This document shows positions 1-9,341 of a DNA stretch of 64,000 bases, piece by piece. A program made the translations under genes and the position numbers. The notes below the pieces were generated by a model, which was not told the DNA's origin, made no database searches, and saw only the letters and a list, made by a program, of their open reading frames with translations. Origin of the DNA: Candidatus Obscuribacterales bacterium. Its GTDB lineage: Bacteria > Cyanobacteriota > Vampirovibrionia > Obscuribacterales > Obscuribacteraceae. Location of the stretch: contig CBDDIJ010000003.1 of assembly GCA_965228855.1 (NCBI GenBank), positions 1,920,001-1,984,000 on the forward strand, read 5' to 3'. Numbering within the stretch: position 1 is the first letter of the stretch; the number at the start of each line of letters is the position of its first letter.

Positions 1-1
1 T

Positions 2-2029
2 AATGAACGCGAGCTGTTTGAAACTGCAAATACCTTTCTGGATGAGGCTTTTGAGCCACGGCTGGAACTCGCCGGCGCTCTCCACGAGCATATGACAAGT
101 CAGGAATTTGAAGTGGAACTTACTAAATCCGACGGCGAACAACAAGCCCATTTGCATATACGAAACGCCACCGATGGCAAATACGGACGGCGCAAAAAAG
201 GGCAATTCTATACGCCACCATGGGTAGTGGACTATTGCCTGGAGAAGAGTTTGAGCCCAGACTTAAACCGTCTAATGAAAGCGCTCCAACAGCGAAAAGA
301 TATATCGAACAAAAGCGCGCCAGTTACCGAATTCACTATCATCGATCCGTCTTGCGGAACCGGAAACTTTCTTCTTGGCATTCTTCGCTTCTTAAATCAA
401 CGCGGAGCTAGCGCGAACGAACTCGTCTCCGCGGCGACGAATTCTATATATGGACGGGATCTCGACGGCAAAGCGGTTTCAATCGCAATCTGGTCAGTGC
501 TTTTATATTTGAACGAAGTCGCTCACAGCGCAGATTTCCCACTTGCGGTCGAGTCAATTCTTTCCAGACTATCCAAAAATATTCGTGTCACTGACGCCGT
601 CTTAGATTCGTTCGCTTTGCGTTGTTCACAAGAGTCAAATTCACAGGATAAAAACTCAATCGGGAAGGTTTCTGACGAGCGTATCTCGGAAGATCAAACT
701 TCAGGCGAACGGATCTCAAGCGACGGTTTTAACCCACGAGAGGACGAAACCGGTTTCGATCTGGTCATTACGAACCCGCCATATATCAGCTTTGGAAGCC
801 GTAATCAAGAGCGCATTCTCGATTCGACAGCTTCGTTTCTTCGACACTTTTTCAGCGCATCGGCCGAGTACAAAATCAGACTCAACTCGATTTTCCAGGA
901 AGTCGCACTCAACTACGCAAAAGATGGTGCCAAGATTTGCCTCTTCATTCCAAACAGTTTTCTCACAGGCAAGGGCTACGCGAAACTCAGGAAAGCTCTG
1001 CTGAAGCGCACCCGCATTCTCAGTTTCACTGAACTCCGCGAAGACACCATGAAAAACGCTGTCGTGGGTAGATGGTGCGTTGCCGTTTATCAGAAAAAGG
1101 AGAAAGCGCTCGCCATTTCGTCCGGAAGTCTGGAAAGAGGACAGCCTCAACCGCAAGCGGTCTCAGGCATTGATGACCAACTGAACTACCCCGTCGAACT
1201 CGTGACATTCTCAAAACAAAACAAAATGGATCGTTATGAGATCCAGGCATCGCATCTGGTGACAAATGATCACAGCCGCTTTCGGCTGGTCTTCGGGAAG
1301 CTTGATGAAGAACTGGCTTTAAAGATGGAACAACTTCCGATGCTTTCATCTGTCGCGCGTGGTCACACCGGCATTCGAGCAAGAAACGGTCAAAAAAGTA
1401 TTCTTGCCGAAAACAGGGAAACGAATCTGTTTAAAAAAGGAATTCGCTCCGGTGGGCGCGTAAAGCCATTCTCCGTGGCGTGGGATGGAACATGGATGAA
1501 GATCGATCCGAAACTTTTGTTCAGCGGCGGCTTCGATGACAGAGTCGTTGAAAATCCGAAATTGATGGTGCGGCAAACAGGCGATCGGATTGTCGCGGCC
1601 TATGATGAAACCGGGCTCTATCACTTAAACAATGTGCACAGCTTCTCATGCCAACTTGCGACCTCGCAAAGAAAAATTGATTTGCATCTTCTGCTTGCCT
1701 TGATGAATTCAAATTTTTGGCACTATCTCTATCGAATGAAAACCCGAGAAGATGGCCGGGCATTAGCACAGATCGATATAGAAACAGTGGAAACAATGCC
1801 ATTACCCACATGCGAAGATTCGCTATCCATGAGCATCGCAAGCCTGTGCAAAAAACTTTGTCACGCGACAAGCGAAAATACTTCTCACGAAGAGATTGAA
1901 AAAGTAAACGCTGAAATCAACCAGCTAATCTACTCCGCTTACAAACTCTCACACAAAGAAGTCGATCATGTGGAGAGCAGTTTAGGATTACGATACAATA
2001 GCCCGTTATTGAAAACTGGCGCTGGCTAA
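2..2029 (+). CDS. N6-adenine DNA methyltransferase with TaqI-like C-terminal specificity domain (Eco57I/type IIG-like), 5' partial
   Basis: Motifs GQFYTP, DPSCGTGNFL (motif I), NPPY (motif IV) and C-terminal KLMVRQTG...LMNS. The frame is open from base 2 (NERELF...LAGALHEHM), so the gene probably starts before the window rather than at ATG 92. Confidence 0.85.
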   Translation, partial: NERELFETANTFLDEAFEPRLELAGALHEHMTSQEFEVELTKSDGEQQAHLHIRNATDGKYGRRKKGQFYTPPWVVDYCLEKSLSPDLNRLMKALQQRKDISNKSAPVTEFTIIDPSCGTGNFLLGILRFLNQRGASANELVSAATNSIYGRDLDGKAVSIAIWSVLLYLNEVAHSADFPLAVESILSRLSKNIRVTDAVLDSFALRCSQESNSQDKNSIGKVSDERISEDQTSGERISSDGFNPREDETGFDLVITNPPYISFGSRNQERILDSTASFLRHFFSASAEYKIRLNSIFQEVALNYAKDGAKICLFIPNSFLTGKGYAKLRKALLKRTRILSFTELREDTMKNAVVGRWCVAVYQKKEKALAISSGSLERGQPQPQAVSGIDDQLNYPVELVTFSKQNKMDRYEIQASHLVTNDHSRFRLVFGKLDEELALKMEQLPMLSSVARGHTGIRARNGQKSILAENRETNLFKKGIRSGGRVKPFSVAWDGTWMKIDPKLLFSGGFDDRVVENPKLMVRQTGDRIVAAYDETGLYHLNNVHSFSCQLATSQRKIDLHLLLALMNSNFWHYLYRMKTREDGRALAQIDIETVETMPLPTCEDSLSMSIASLCKKLCHATSENTSHEEIEKVNAEINQLIYSAYKLSHKEVDHVESSLGLRYNSPLLKTGAG

Positions 2030-2045
2030 CCACTACGAGGAATTC

Positions 2046-3572
2046 ATGCGCAATCGGAACTTTCGCCTCCATTTGTTTTGCTTGTTTCTTTCACAAGCGG
2101 TTCTTGCCTCGTTCGTGATGAACCTCGCAGCGTCAGCGCAATCCGCGCACAGTCCGTTGAACACGAGCGACGCGCCCGAAGCACCACACACGACTATCAA
2201 GCAGTCTGTTTCCGCAGCTAAAGCGGCTTTGAATCCAGTCAACGCTGCGAAGAAGGCAAAACAAGCCCTGAGCTCAACGAATAGCGCAGCGAAAGCTGCC
2301 AAAGAAAAGCTTACAAAAACTCTGGCTCCGCCGGAACCGACCAACACGGTTCGAGACAAATGGGCATTCCTGGTCGGCTTGGAAGCATTCAATGATGACA
2401 CAGTGAAGCCGGTAAAAAACGCTCAGCAGAATGCCGTTTTGATCTCCAGCTTTCTGGCGAGTCCGGACCTCGGCAAGTTTGGACCGTCTCGCGTTGTCGT
2501 GGTCACCAACAACAAGGCGACAAAAAACAATGTCACCAAAGCTCTTGGCGACACATGGCTTTTGAAAAATGCTCTGCCCAACGACTTGATCGTGCTCTAT
2601 TTCTGCACAAGAGCGCAGTGGAAGTCCGACGGCAGCGACCTGCTGCTCTATATGTTCGACACACCGAGCTCGCAACCGGAACTCGCCGCGATTCCACTTA
2701 AGGCGACTCTTACAAATTTACAGAAACGCACCCAATCCAAGCATATTCTCTGCCTTCTCGACCTTGGTCCAGTCGTCCGAACCGATGACACCGCGGAAGA
2801 AACAGCCACGAACGATGACTCTGCCGCTACAGCTGCCGGAATGTCACTTGAAAAAATTGCCCAGGAGTCCGGAACGACAATTCTTGCGTCCAACGTGATC
2901 GGTGGAAAGACTTACCCGTCCTCGACCAAAGCATGCTCAGCGTTTGTGGAAAACCTGCTGGAAGGGCTGGCAACATCAAAAGGCGAGATTGAATTCGAGC
3001 AAGTCGCGCAATACGTCGTCAAAATGGTCAAAGACAAAGTCGCTCAAGACTTCAGGAAGGAGCAAACACCGGTTTTTGCACCGTCGGAAACCGGTGCGCC
3101 TATGCTGAAAACAGTAGTTGCGACAGCAGTTAAAAGTTCCACGCCCGAGAAACACGCGAAGTTCGGCCACCCTCCGGAGCGCGCTCCGGACGACTCTCAT
3201 CACGTGGTAAACATTCCAGCACCGAAGATTACAACTAAAACGAAAGTCGAAGATGACGACGATGACATCGATTACTCCAAGTTTGGACCAGTAGATTATG
3301 GTCCATACATGTCGAAAATGAAGCGGGATATTCAGTCGAAGTGGATTCCCCCCAAAGGTTTCAAAGACCAAAAGGTGGTCGCGGTTTTCACCATCATGAA
3401 AGACGGCTCGATTACCAATGCCTCGATCGCTGACGGCAGCGGGGTCGCCCAGATTGATGAATCGGCGATGGCTGCTCTGAAATCAGCGTCCCCTTTGGAC
3501 CCTTTGCCGACGGGCGCGCCGCCCTACGTACAAATGCGGTATGTTTTCGAATGGAAAGTGACGAAAAACTAG
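2046..3572 (+). CDS. Exported caspase-like (C14) domain, catalytically degenerate, fused to TonB C-terminal domain
   Basis: Signal peptide; DKWAFLVG and DLIVLYFCTRA/LCLLDLG caspase-fold strands; C-terminal YM..MKRDIQSKW.PP...F.I.KDG.I......SG...D.SA..A.....P..PLP is TonB_C-like. Confidence 0.7.
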   Translation: MRNRNFRLHLFCLFLSQAVLASFVMNLAASAQSAHSPLNTSDAPEAPHTTIKQSVSAAKAALNPVNAAKKAKQALSSTNSAAKAAKEKLTKTLAPPEPTNTVRDKWAFLVGLEAFNDDTVKPVKNAQQNAVLISSFLASPDLGKFGPSRVVVVTNNKATKNNVTKALGDTWLLKNALPNDLIVLYFCTRAQWKSDGSDLLLYMFDTPSSQPELAAIPLKATLTNLQKRTQSKHILCLLDLGPVVRTDDTAEETATNDDSAATAAGMSLEKIAQESGTTILASNVIGGKTYPSSTKACSAFVENLLEGLATSKGEIEFEQVAQYVVKMVKDKVAQDFRKEQTPVFAPSETGAPMLKTVVATAVKSSTPEKHAKFGHPPERAPDDSHHVVNIPAPKITTKTKVEDDDDDIDYSKFGPVDYGPYMSKMKRDIQSKWIPPKGFKDQKVVAVFTIMKDGSITNASIADGSGVAQIDESAMAALKSASPLDPLPTGAPPYVQMRYVFEWKVTKN

Positions 3573-3704
3573 CCCGGACTGCACGCTAGCGCCCACGGCG
3601 CGCATGTGTGAGGACAGCCTCTATAGATCTAATGGTTAGTTGATAAGTCAGGAAGAACAGAAAAGGCTTATGTGTGATTCATCTTGGACTACGTATTATC
3701 CGCA

Positions 3705-3733
3705 TTGACGCTGCCGGCACTAGGGCGTAAGCT
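3705..3733 (+). promoter_or_regulatory. Putative sigma-70 promoter
   Basis: TTGACG-17 nt-TAAGCT upstream of the ORF at 3852. Confidence 0.4.
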
Positions 3734-3851
3734 CGTATATGAGGCAGTACTGTGGGCACCTATGGCGCTCTAGGCAATTAAACCACCACCCTTATCGATA
3801 CCCATGGAAGTAGTTGGCGAATACGTGGGTTTAAGAAATCAGGAGTTCTAA

Positions 3852-4364
3852 ATGAGTAAATTCGAATCCGGCGACAGCAGTAAATCGGACTCCGGAAAAT
3901 CAGCAGATAACAATCCGCTGGGCATGGAAGCGTTCGAAAAGCCGAAAACGACAGAACAACCGCAACAGAAGGCTGAGCAAAAGCCAGCCAAATCTATGGA
4001 CACGACCGCCTTTGCTCAAAAGGCTGATGCATCCGGCGAAACCAGCGAAGAGCAAGAAAATAAGTCGGAACAAACCGAACTATTCGAGCAAAAGGAAATC
4101 GACAACAATAATCAGACGATCAAGGCTCTGCCGACGGCAACGACCACCAGCATAGCCAACAAAATCACGGCGCTCAGCACCCCTGACGGTAGAGCAGCTG
4201 TGAGAGATGGCGTCGTCACCGCCTACAACGATATGTCGGAACTGCCCAAGATGGCGGCAAAAATGCTGCATCCAGGCAATCCGAACCCGCCGATTGATCC
4301 GATCTCGGTAGCCGCCAGCTCATCATGGGCGACACACACCAAGACGATCGAGGCTATCGTTTAA
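3852..4364 (+). CDS. Hypothetical protein with low-complexity hydrophilic N-terminus
   Basis: 170-aa ORF with AGGAG RBS, followed by a terminator. Confidence 0.7.
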   Translation: MSKFESGDSSKSDSGKSADNNPLGMEAFEKPKTTEQPQQKAEQKPAKSMDTTAFAQKADASGETSEEQENKSEQTELFEQKEIDNNNQTIKALPTATTTSIANKITALSTPDGRAAVRDGVVTAYNDMSELPKMAAKMLHPGNPNPPIDPISVAASSSWATHTKTIEAIV

Positions 4365-4412
4365 ACAGACTCTCAAGTCTGGAACATCCAGAAGACGAGA
4401 AGCAAAAGTTAT

Positions 4413-4447
4413 AAAATCCCGCTCATCATCGAGCGGGATTTTTCTTT
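4413..4447 (+). terminator. Intrinsic terminator
   Basis: Perfect stem AAAATCCCGCTC-atcatc-GAGCGGGATTTT followed by a T-rich tail. Confidence 0.8.
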
Positions 4448-4728
4448 ACTACCTTGTTTTGCCCACCCTTCCAAATTCCAGGAGCACGACGCTCGCAGTT
4501 CCAAACGCGTGAAGAAGTCCCGAAGCGCTGCGTGGGCAGCTCCTGCCGCCGCACGGTTCGCCTCATATTGCCGTGGAGTGATGACCTCAGATGGCGCCAA
4601 CTGTTTTCAAGAACAAGAAGTCCGGATTGTGAAGGAAGTAAACAGAGAAAGCCGCGCTTGCCTTTGCAGACGTGTCACGAATGCTAAAATACCTGTTCGT
4701 TATATGTCCACCGGGGCGGAGCCTAGTC

Positions 4729-5004
4729 GTGCCTAATATTAAGTCTGCTATCAAAAGAGTCAAAACCGCTGAACGCAATCGTCTTCGCAATCGTGCGTGG
4801 AAGTCACAAGTGCGCACAGAGCAAACCAAACTCGAAGCAACCCTGAAATCTGCAAATGTCCAGAGCGTAGACGGCGATCTGTCGAACGTATATGCGATCA
4901 TCGACAAAGCAGTATCCAAAGGTGTAATTCATAAGAATACTGCCGCTCGCAAAAAGTCGCGCCTGGCGCTGAAAGCGGACGCTCTGAAAAAGAGCGGAAA
5001 GTAA
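4729..5004 (+). CDS. rpsT: 30S ribosomal protein S20
   Basis: (V)PNIKSAIKRV...IDKAVSKGVIHKNTAARKKSRL; GTG start at 4729 after GGAG. Confidence 0.97.
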   Translation: MPNIKSAIKRVKTAERNRLRNRAWKSQVRTEQTKLEATLKSANVQSVDGDLSNVYAIIDKAVSKGVIHKNTAARKKSRLALKADALKKSGK

Positions 5005-5119
5005 GCGATAGTTTCGTTGAGCATACGCAAGTTTCCAGTTATATTTTACGGAAGCTAGTCTGAGACTGGCTTCCGTTGACAACTATAAACGCTCTAACGA
5101 GCGATCTTGTGAGGCAAAT

Positions 5120-6586
5120 TTGGAAATCAACGTGTCGTCGCTTCCCAACAACTCTTTTACCAACACATCCCAAACCAATATAGAAGATATAGCCGCTCCA
5201 ATTCATTTCGTCGGAATTGGTGGCATCGGGATGTCTGCTCTTGCGAGGCTCCTGCTGGCCAGAGGGAAGCAGGTCTCCGGCTCCGACAAAAAGGGCTCAG
5301 AGATAACTGAAGAACTGCAGCAGCTTGGCGCTGATGTGCACATCGGTCACTCAGTAGCCAACTTTGCCAATGTCGGATGCGTGGTCGTTTCCACCGCTAT
5401 AACCGCGGACAATCCGGAGCTCGTCAAAGCTCGAGAATTGAACGTTCCTGTAATACACAGATCAGACATGCTTTCCGAATTGACGAAAGGCAAAAGATTG
5501 ATCGGTGTTTCAGGCACACACGGCAAGACGACGACGACAGGAATGATCGCTCAGACATTGATAGACGGCGGTCTGGACCCGTCGGTTGTTGTCGGTGGAG
5601 TATTCCCCAAGATCAACTCGAATGCCCGTCACGGAGACAGCGACATCTTCGTCGCCGAAATAGACGAGAGCGACGGCACCCAAACCAAAGTCGAATCCTA
5701 CATATCCATCATCACCAATCTTGAAACCGACCACCTGGAAAATTACCCTGGTGGCATCGACGATATCATTGCGGCGATGAAGAAATTCGTATTGAAGACA
5801 TCAAAAATGCTCGTCCTGTGCGGCGACGACAAACATTGCCTGGCTCTAAAAGCAGATCTTGCCAAAAGCAGCCAGTTGCCTGTTGTCACCTACGGCAAGC
5901 GCGATCCGAAAAACCCATTCGATTTCTCATTCGAAGACGTTGGTCCTTTCGGAATGAAAGTCTATGGAGGCGACACTCTTCTTGGGGAGATGAAACTTAG
6001 CGTCCCTGGTGCGCACAACAAATACAACGCGCTAGCCACTCTGGCTGTCGGTCTCGATCTCGGCATGAATTTCAAATCAATCGCCGATTCGATCAAAACA
6101 TTCACAGGCGTCAACCGCCGTTTTCAAATTCTCGGCGAAGTGAACAACATTCTAGTCGTCGACGACTACGCGCATCATCCCACCGAAGTTGACGCGACAT
6201 GCAAGGGAGCCAAAGACTACATCGCTGAACATCGCGCCGGGAGCAACGGTCACCGAGGTCGTCTTGTAATCTTGTTCCAACCGCACCAACCAGGCCGATT
6301 GAAAAATCATTGGGAAGAATTTTTGAAATCATTTGCGGACGCCGATGTAGTTTTTATATCCGATATATACATCGCGCGCGGCAAAGAGATCGAGGGAGTA
6401 ACATCCAAAGTATTCGTCGAGAGTATGCAACACGCAAACGCACAGTACATGCCGGGTTCTGTTAGCGAGCTGGCATCGAAGGTGGTACCATACTTGCAAC
6501 CAAACGATTTGATCATGACCGTCGGTGCAGGTGACATTACCAGTGTTGGACCCCAAATTCTCGACCTTCTCAAGCAAAGCAGCTAG
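5120..6586 (+). CDS. murC: UDP-N-acetylmuramate--L-alanine ligase
   Basis: IHFVGIGGIGMS, GTHGKTTTT, EIDESDG, DDYAHHPTE, FQPH. Confidence 0.96.
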   Translation: MEINVSSLPNNSFTNTSQTNIEDIAAPIHFVGIGGIGMSALARLLLARGKQVSGSDKKGSEITEELQQLGADVHIGHSVANFANVGCVVVSTAITADNPELVKARELNVPVIHRSDMLSELTKGKRLIGVSGTHGKTTTTGMIAQTLIDGGLDPSVVVGGVFPKINSNARHGDSDIFVAEIDESDGTQTKVESYISIITNLETDHLENYPGGIDDIIAAMKKFVLKTSKMLVLCGDDKHCLALKADLAKSSQLPVVTYGKRDPKNPFDFSFEDVGPFGMKVYGGDTLLGEMKLSVPGAHNKYNALATLAVGLDLGMNFKSIADSIKTFTGVNRRFQILGEVNNILVVDDYAHHPTEVDATCKGAKDYIAEHRAGSNGHRGRLVILFQPHQPGRLKNHWEEFLKSFADADVVFISDIYIARGKEIEGVTSKVFVESMQHANAQYMPGSVSELASKVVPYLQPNDLIMTVGAGDITSVGPQILDLLKQSS

Positions 6587-6590
6587 AGCC

Positions 6591-7493
6591 ATGGATGACG
6601 CTTTCAATGCGCCACTGGCTAAACACACTACCTTAAAAATTGGTGGCAACGCCAATCGGCTCTGTCATCCTAATACGGTCGACGAGCTTGTTGAACTCGT
6701 AAGCGATTTGAACGCAAAGGGCGAGCCCTGGTTCATTCTGGGCGGCGGTTCCAATTTGCTCGTATCGTCGGAAGGCTTCAAGGGCACGGTTGTCAGAACT
6801 ACCAATCTTACTGAGATTAAGACTCCGGAACCCGGAATCATCGAAGCCGCAGCCGGAGTGCGTCTACCTCACATCGCCAAGAAGGCGGCCAACCTCGGTT
6901 TGTCCGGCATGGAATTTGCAGTTGGCATTCCTGGCACCATCGGTGGAGGCGTCATTATGAATGCAGGTGCTCACGGCAGCTGCATGGCAAATATCCTGTT
7001 AAGCGCAAAAGTCCTTGATACCACCACTGGTGAACTCATGGAGATAGCAGCTGAGGATCTGGACTTCACCTACAGAAGATGCAAACTCGATCCTTTGAAG
7101 CACGTTGTCGTTTCTGCCGTATTTAAAATGGAACAGGGTTCAGCTGCGGATATCGAGAAGAAGACGAAGGAAAACGAAGACTACCGCTGGCGCACGCAAC
7201 CTATCGGTTTTCCAAACGCAGGCAGTACATTCAAAAATCCGGAACCGACAAAAACCGCGGGCTTCTTGCTGGACAAATCCGGCGCGAAGGAACTGAAAGA
7301 GGGTGGCGCAGCCGTGTCCTCTCTACACGCGAATTTTGTTGTAAACCTGGGCGGTGCCACCTCACACGATGTCACCACCCTGCTGAAGAGAATGCAGGAT
7401 TGCGTCGAAAAAGAATTCGAAATTCACTTGCAACCGGAATGGAAGAAACTCGGCAAGTTTACTGACTCAGAACTCGAAGTCTGGAAGAGCTAA
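6591..7493 (+). CDS. murB: UDP-N-acetylenolpyruvoylglucosamine reductase
   Basis: HTTLKIGG, GGGSNLL, GIPGTIGG..MNAGA, AGSTFKNP, HANF; ATG at 6591. Confidence 0.95.
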   Translation: MDDAFNAPLAKHTTLKIGGNANRLCHPNTVDELVELVSDLNAKGEPWFILGGGSNLLVSSEGFKGTVVRTTNLTEIKTPEPGIIEAAAGVRLPHIAKKAANLGLSGMEFAVGIPGTIGGGVIMNAGAHGSCMANILLSAKVLDTTTGELMEIAAEDLDFTYRRCKLDPLKHVVVSAVFKMEQGSAADIEKKTKENEDYRWRTQPIGFPNAGSTFKNPEPTKTAGFLLDKSGAKELKEGGAAVSSLHANFVVNLGGATSHDVTTLLKRMQDCVEKEFEIHLQPEWKKLGKFTDSELEVWKS

Positions 7494-7511
7494 GGCCTTT
7501 CGGCTTGGTCG

Positions 7512-8327
7512 TTAGCGAAACGACGGCGGCGTTTTCACGTATCCGAACACAGCTTTTCGCGTAGGATCCTGGCTGTTTGTCACAGCCATTTGCGTTCCAT
7601 AATCAAAATGCCACCATTCATATGGATAGTTGACGAAACCGTTATCTACCATCGCCCAGTACAGAAGACGCCGATTGCGTCTTGCTTCAACCACGCTGGC
7701 GCCGTCGTTGCCGGTCAGTTTTCGCTCGAAATAATCAGTATGAGATAAGTCCGTCACATCATCGAACACACTTCCGAAGAATAATTCTTGCTTCGATTCA
7801 AGCGAACGCAACGATAAGTCGATAGCACCACCGGTGCTATGGGTAGGCCACGTTTTGAAATTGGCCTCGTCAAATCCGCGCGGGTCGGAGCAGTAGAAAC
7901 CCGCGTAGTGGGCGCATTCTTCATCCGAAGGATTGCCGAGGACTCTACGAGCCTGCGCAACAAAGTCATCCCAAATCTCAACCTGCAAGGCAATCGGACG
8001 ATAGCCGTCAAGGAGATAAACTTCCACGTTAAACGTCGATAGCGTTTCATTCACTCGAACCAGTCTTTCGATAACTGATTTGCGAAGGTGAACGCTTTTC
8101 GAGGCTGAATTGAAGCTCTTGTAATAAGGGGCGTTTAAACGATCGGTGCGCGCATAGATACTCTCAGAAGCAAGACCGAAGTCAGACACAGGAACCACTG
8201 GATCTTCAGAAGGTTGAGAACCGGTTTCTATCGGCACGTCGTGATAATCGTGCGCGGAGGCAGCACCGTCCAAACGCAGAGGAATCGGACGTTCGCGAAG
8301 ATCGGAATCCGTTTTGAACTCATTCAT
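7512..8327 (-). CDS. D-alanyl-D-alanine dipeptidase (VanX/DdpX-like, peptidase M15D)
   Basis: DGYRP, HSTGGAIDL and EWWHF zinc-peptidase motifs. Confidence 0.88.
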   Translation of the reverse strand: MNEFKTDSDLRERPIPLRLDGAASAHDYHDVPIETGSQPSEDPVVPVSDFGLASESIYARTDRLNAPYYKSFNSASKSVHLRKSVIERLVRVNETLSTFNVEVYLLDGYRPIALQVEIWDDFVAQARRVLGNPSDEECAHYAGFYCSDPRGFDEANFKTWPTHSTGGAIDLSLRSLESKQELFFGSVFDDVTDLSHTDYFERKLTGNDGASVVEARRNRRLLYWAMVDNGFVNYPYEWWHFDYGTQMAVTNSQDPTRKAVFGYVKTPPSFR

Positions 8328-8540
8328 CAAAAATGACCTTTCGTATACGCAGTGAGGATATCACAAGATGTCCAAAGCAATTAAGACACCTTCAAACTCC
8401 GGCTTTAATCAAGGTTAAGCGAGCGTTGACTGAAGTTGTTTTTAGGTAAGAATGGGTGAGAAAATCAGTTGAGATGCTGACCTCAAGCGGGAATTTCGCC
8501 ATAATATGAGTTGCTAGAGCCGCATCGCGACCAGGGTTTT

Positions 8541-9341
8541 ATGGTAGGTACACTGACGAATAAGACGTTGAACAGCCAGTTTCTCAACACCGCACGAATT
8601 GGCGATACCGGGCATCCGATATTGATCATGCACGGTTGGGGACAGTCGCTTGAAGGCATGCGACCGCTCGGAGAGCTGATCGGCAAATCGCAGCAGGTTC
8701 ATCTTATTGACTTGCCGGGTTTCGGCAAGTCGCCTAAACCAAGCGAAGACTGGGATTCCATCGGATACTCCGAGCGTATATATCAGTACATGCAAGATAA
8801 TGGACTGGAGCGCGTCGATGTTCTCGGTCACTCATTCGGCGGAAAAGTGGCTACCCGCCTGGCAGCACGCCATCCTGAAGCGGTTCGCGGTTTGATTCTA
8901 ATGGACGCGAGCGGTTTGAAGCGCGTCGTGACCGGAAAGAAAAAACTGCGCGGCGACTTGCTTAGAACACTGTCAAAACTTCTCAAGTGGTCGGACAAGA
9001 CATTAAAAACGACGTTTTTCGAAAGCTGGTTTGTGCCCAAATTCGGTTCGCGCGACTACAAAAACGCCGGTCAACTTCGCAACATACTGGTCAAAACCGT
9101 CAACGAAGACGTTACGCCCGATGCGGAAAAAATTACAAGCTCTGCTCTGATAATCTGGGGTGAGTTAGACGATGAAACCCCGGTCGAGATGGGCGAAAGG
9201 TTCAATAGACTTATCAAAAACTCGCAACTGATTGTTCTACCGCGCAAAGATCACTTCCCGTATCTCAACGACGGTGTGCAGCTCTGCGCCCGCTACATTC
9301 TGGATTTCTTGAATAAGTTGCCCGCAGCGGAGACAAAATAA
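8541..9341 (+). CDS. Alpha/beta fold hydrolase
   Basis: HGWG oxyanion loop, DLPGFG, GHSFG nucleophile, WGELD, DHFP. Confidence 0.9.
   Translation: MVGTLTNKTLNSQFLNTARIGDTGHPILIMHGWGQSLEGMRPLGELIGKSQQVHLIDLPGFGKSPKPSEDWDSIGYSERIYQYMQDNGLERVDVLGHSFGGKVATRLAARHPEAVRGLILMDASGLKRVVTGKKKLRGDLLRTLSKLLKWSDKTLKTTFFESWFVPKFGSRDYKNAGQLRNILVKTVNEDVTPDAEKITSSALIIWGELDDETPVEMGERFNRLIKNSQLIVLPRKDHFPYLNDGVQLCARYILDFLNKLPAAETK

Noticed and set aside
4454..4736. Short ORFs upstream of rpsT and the extended rpsT start at 4672
   Set aside because: No recognisable features; the S20 consensus begins at GTG 4729 and the region contains a TGcTAAAAT promoter-like element.
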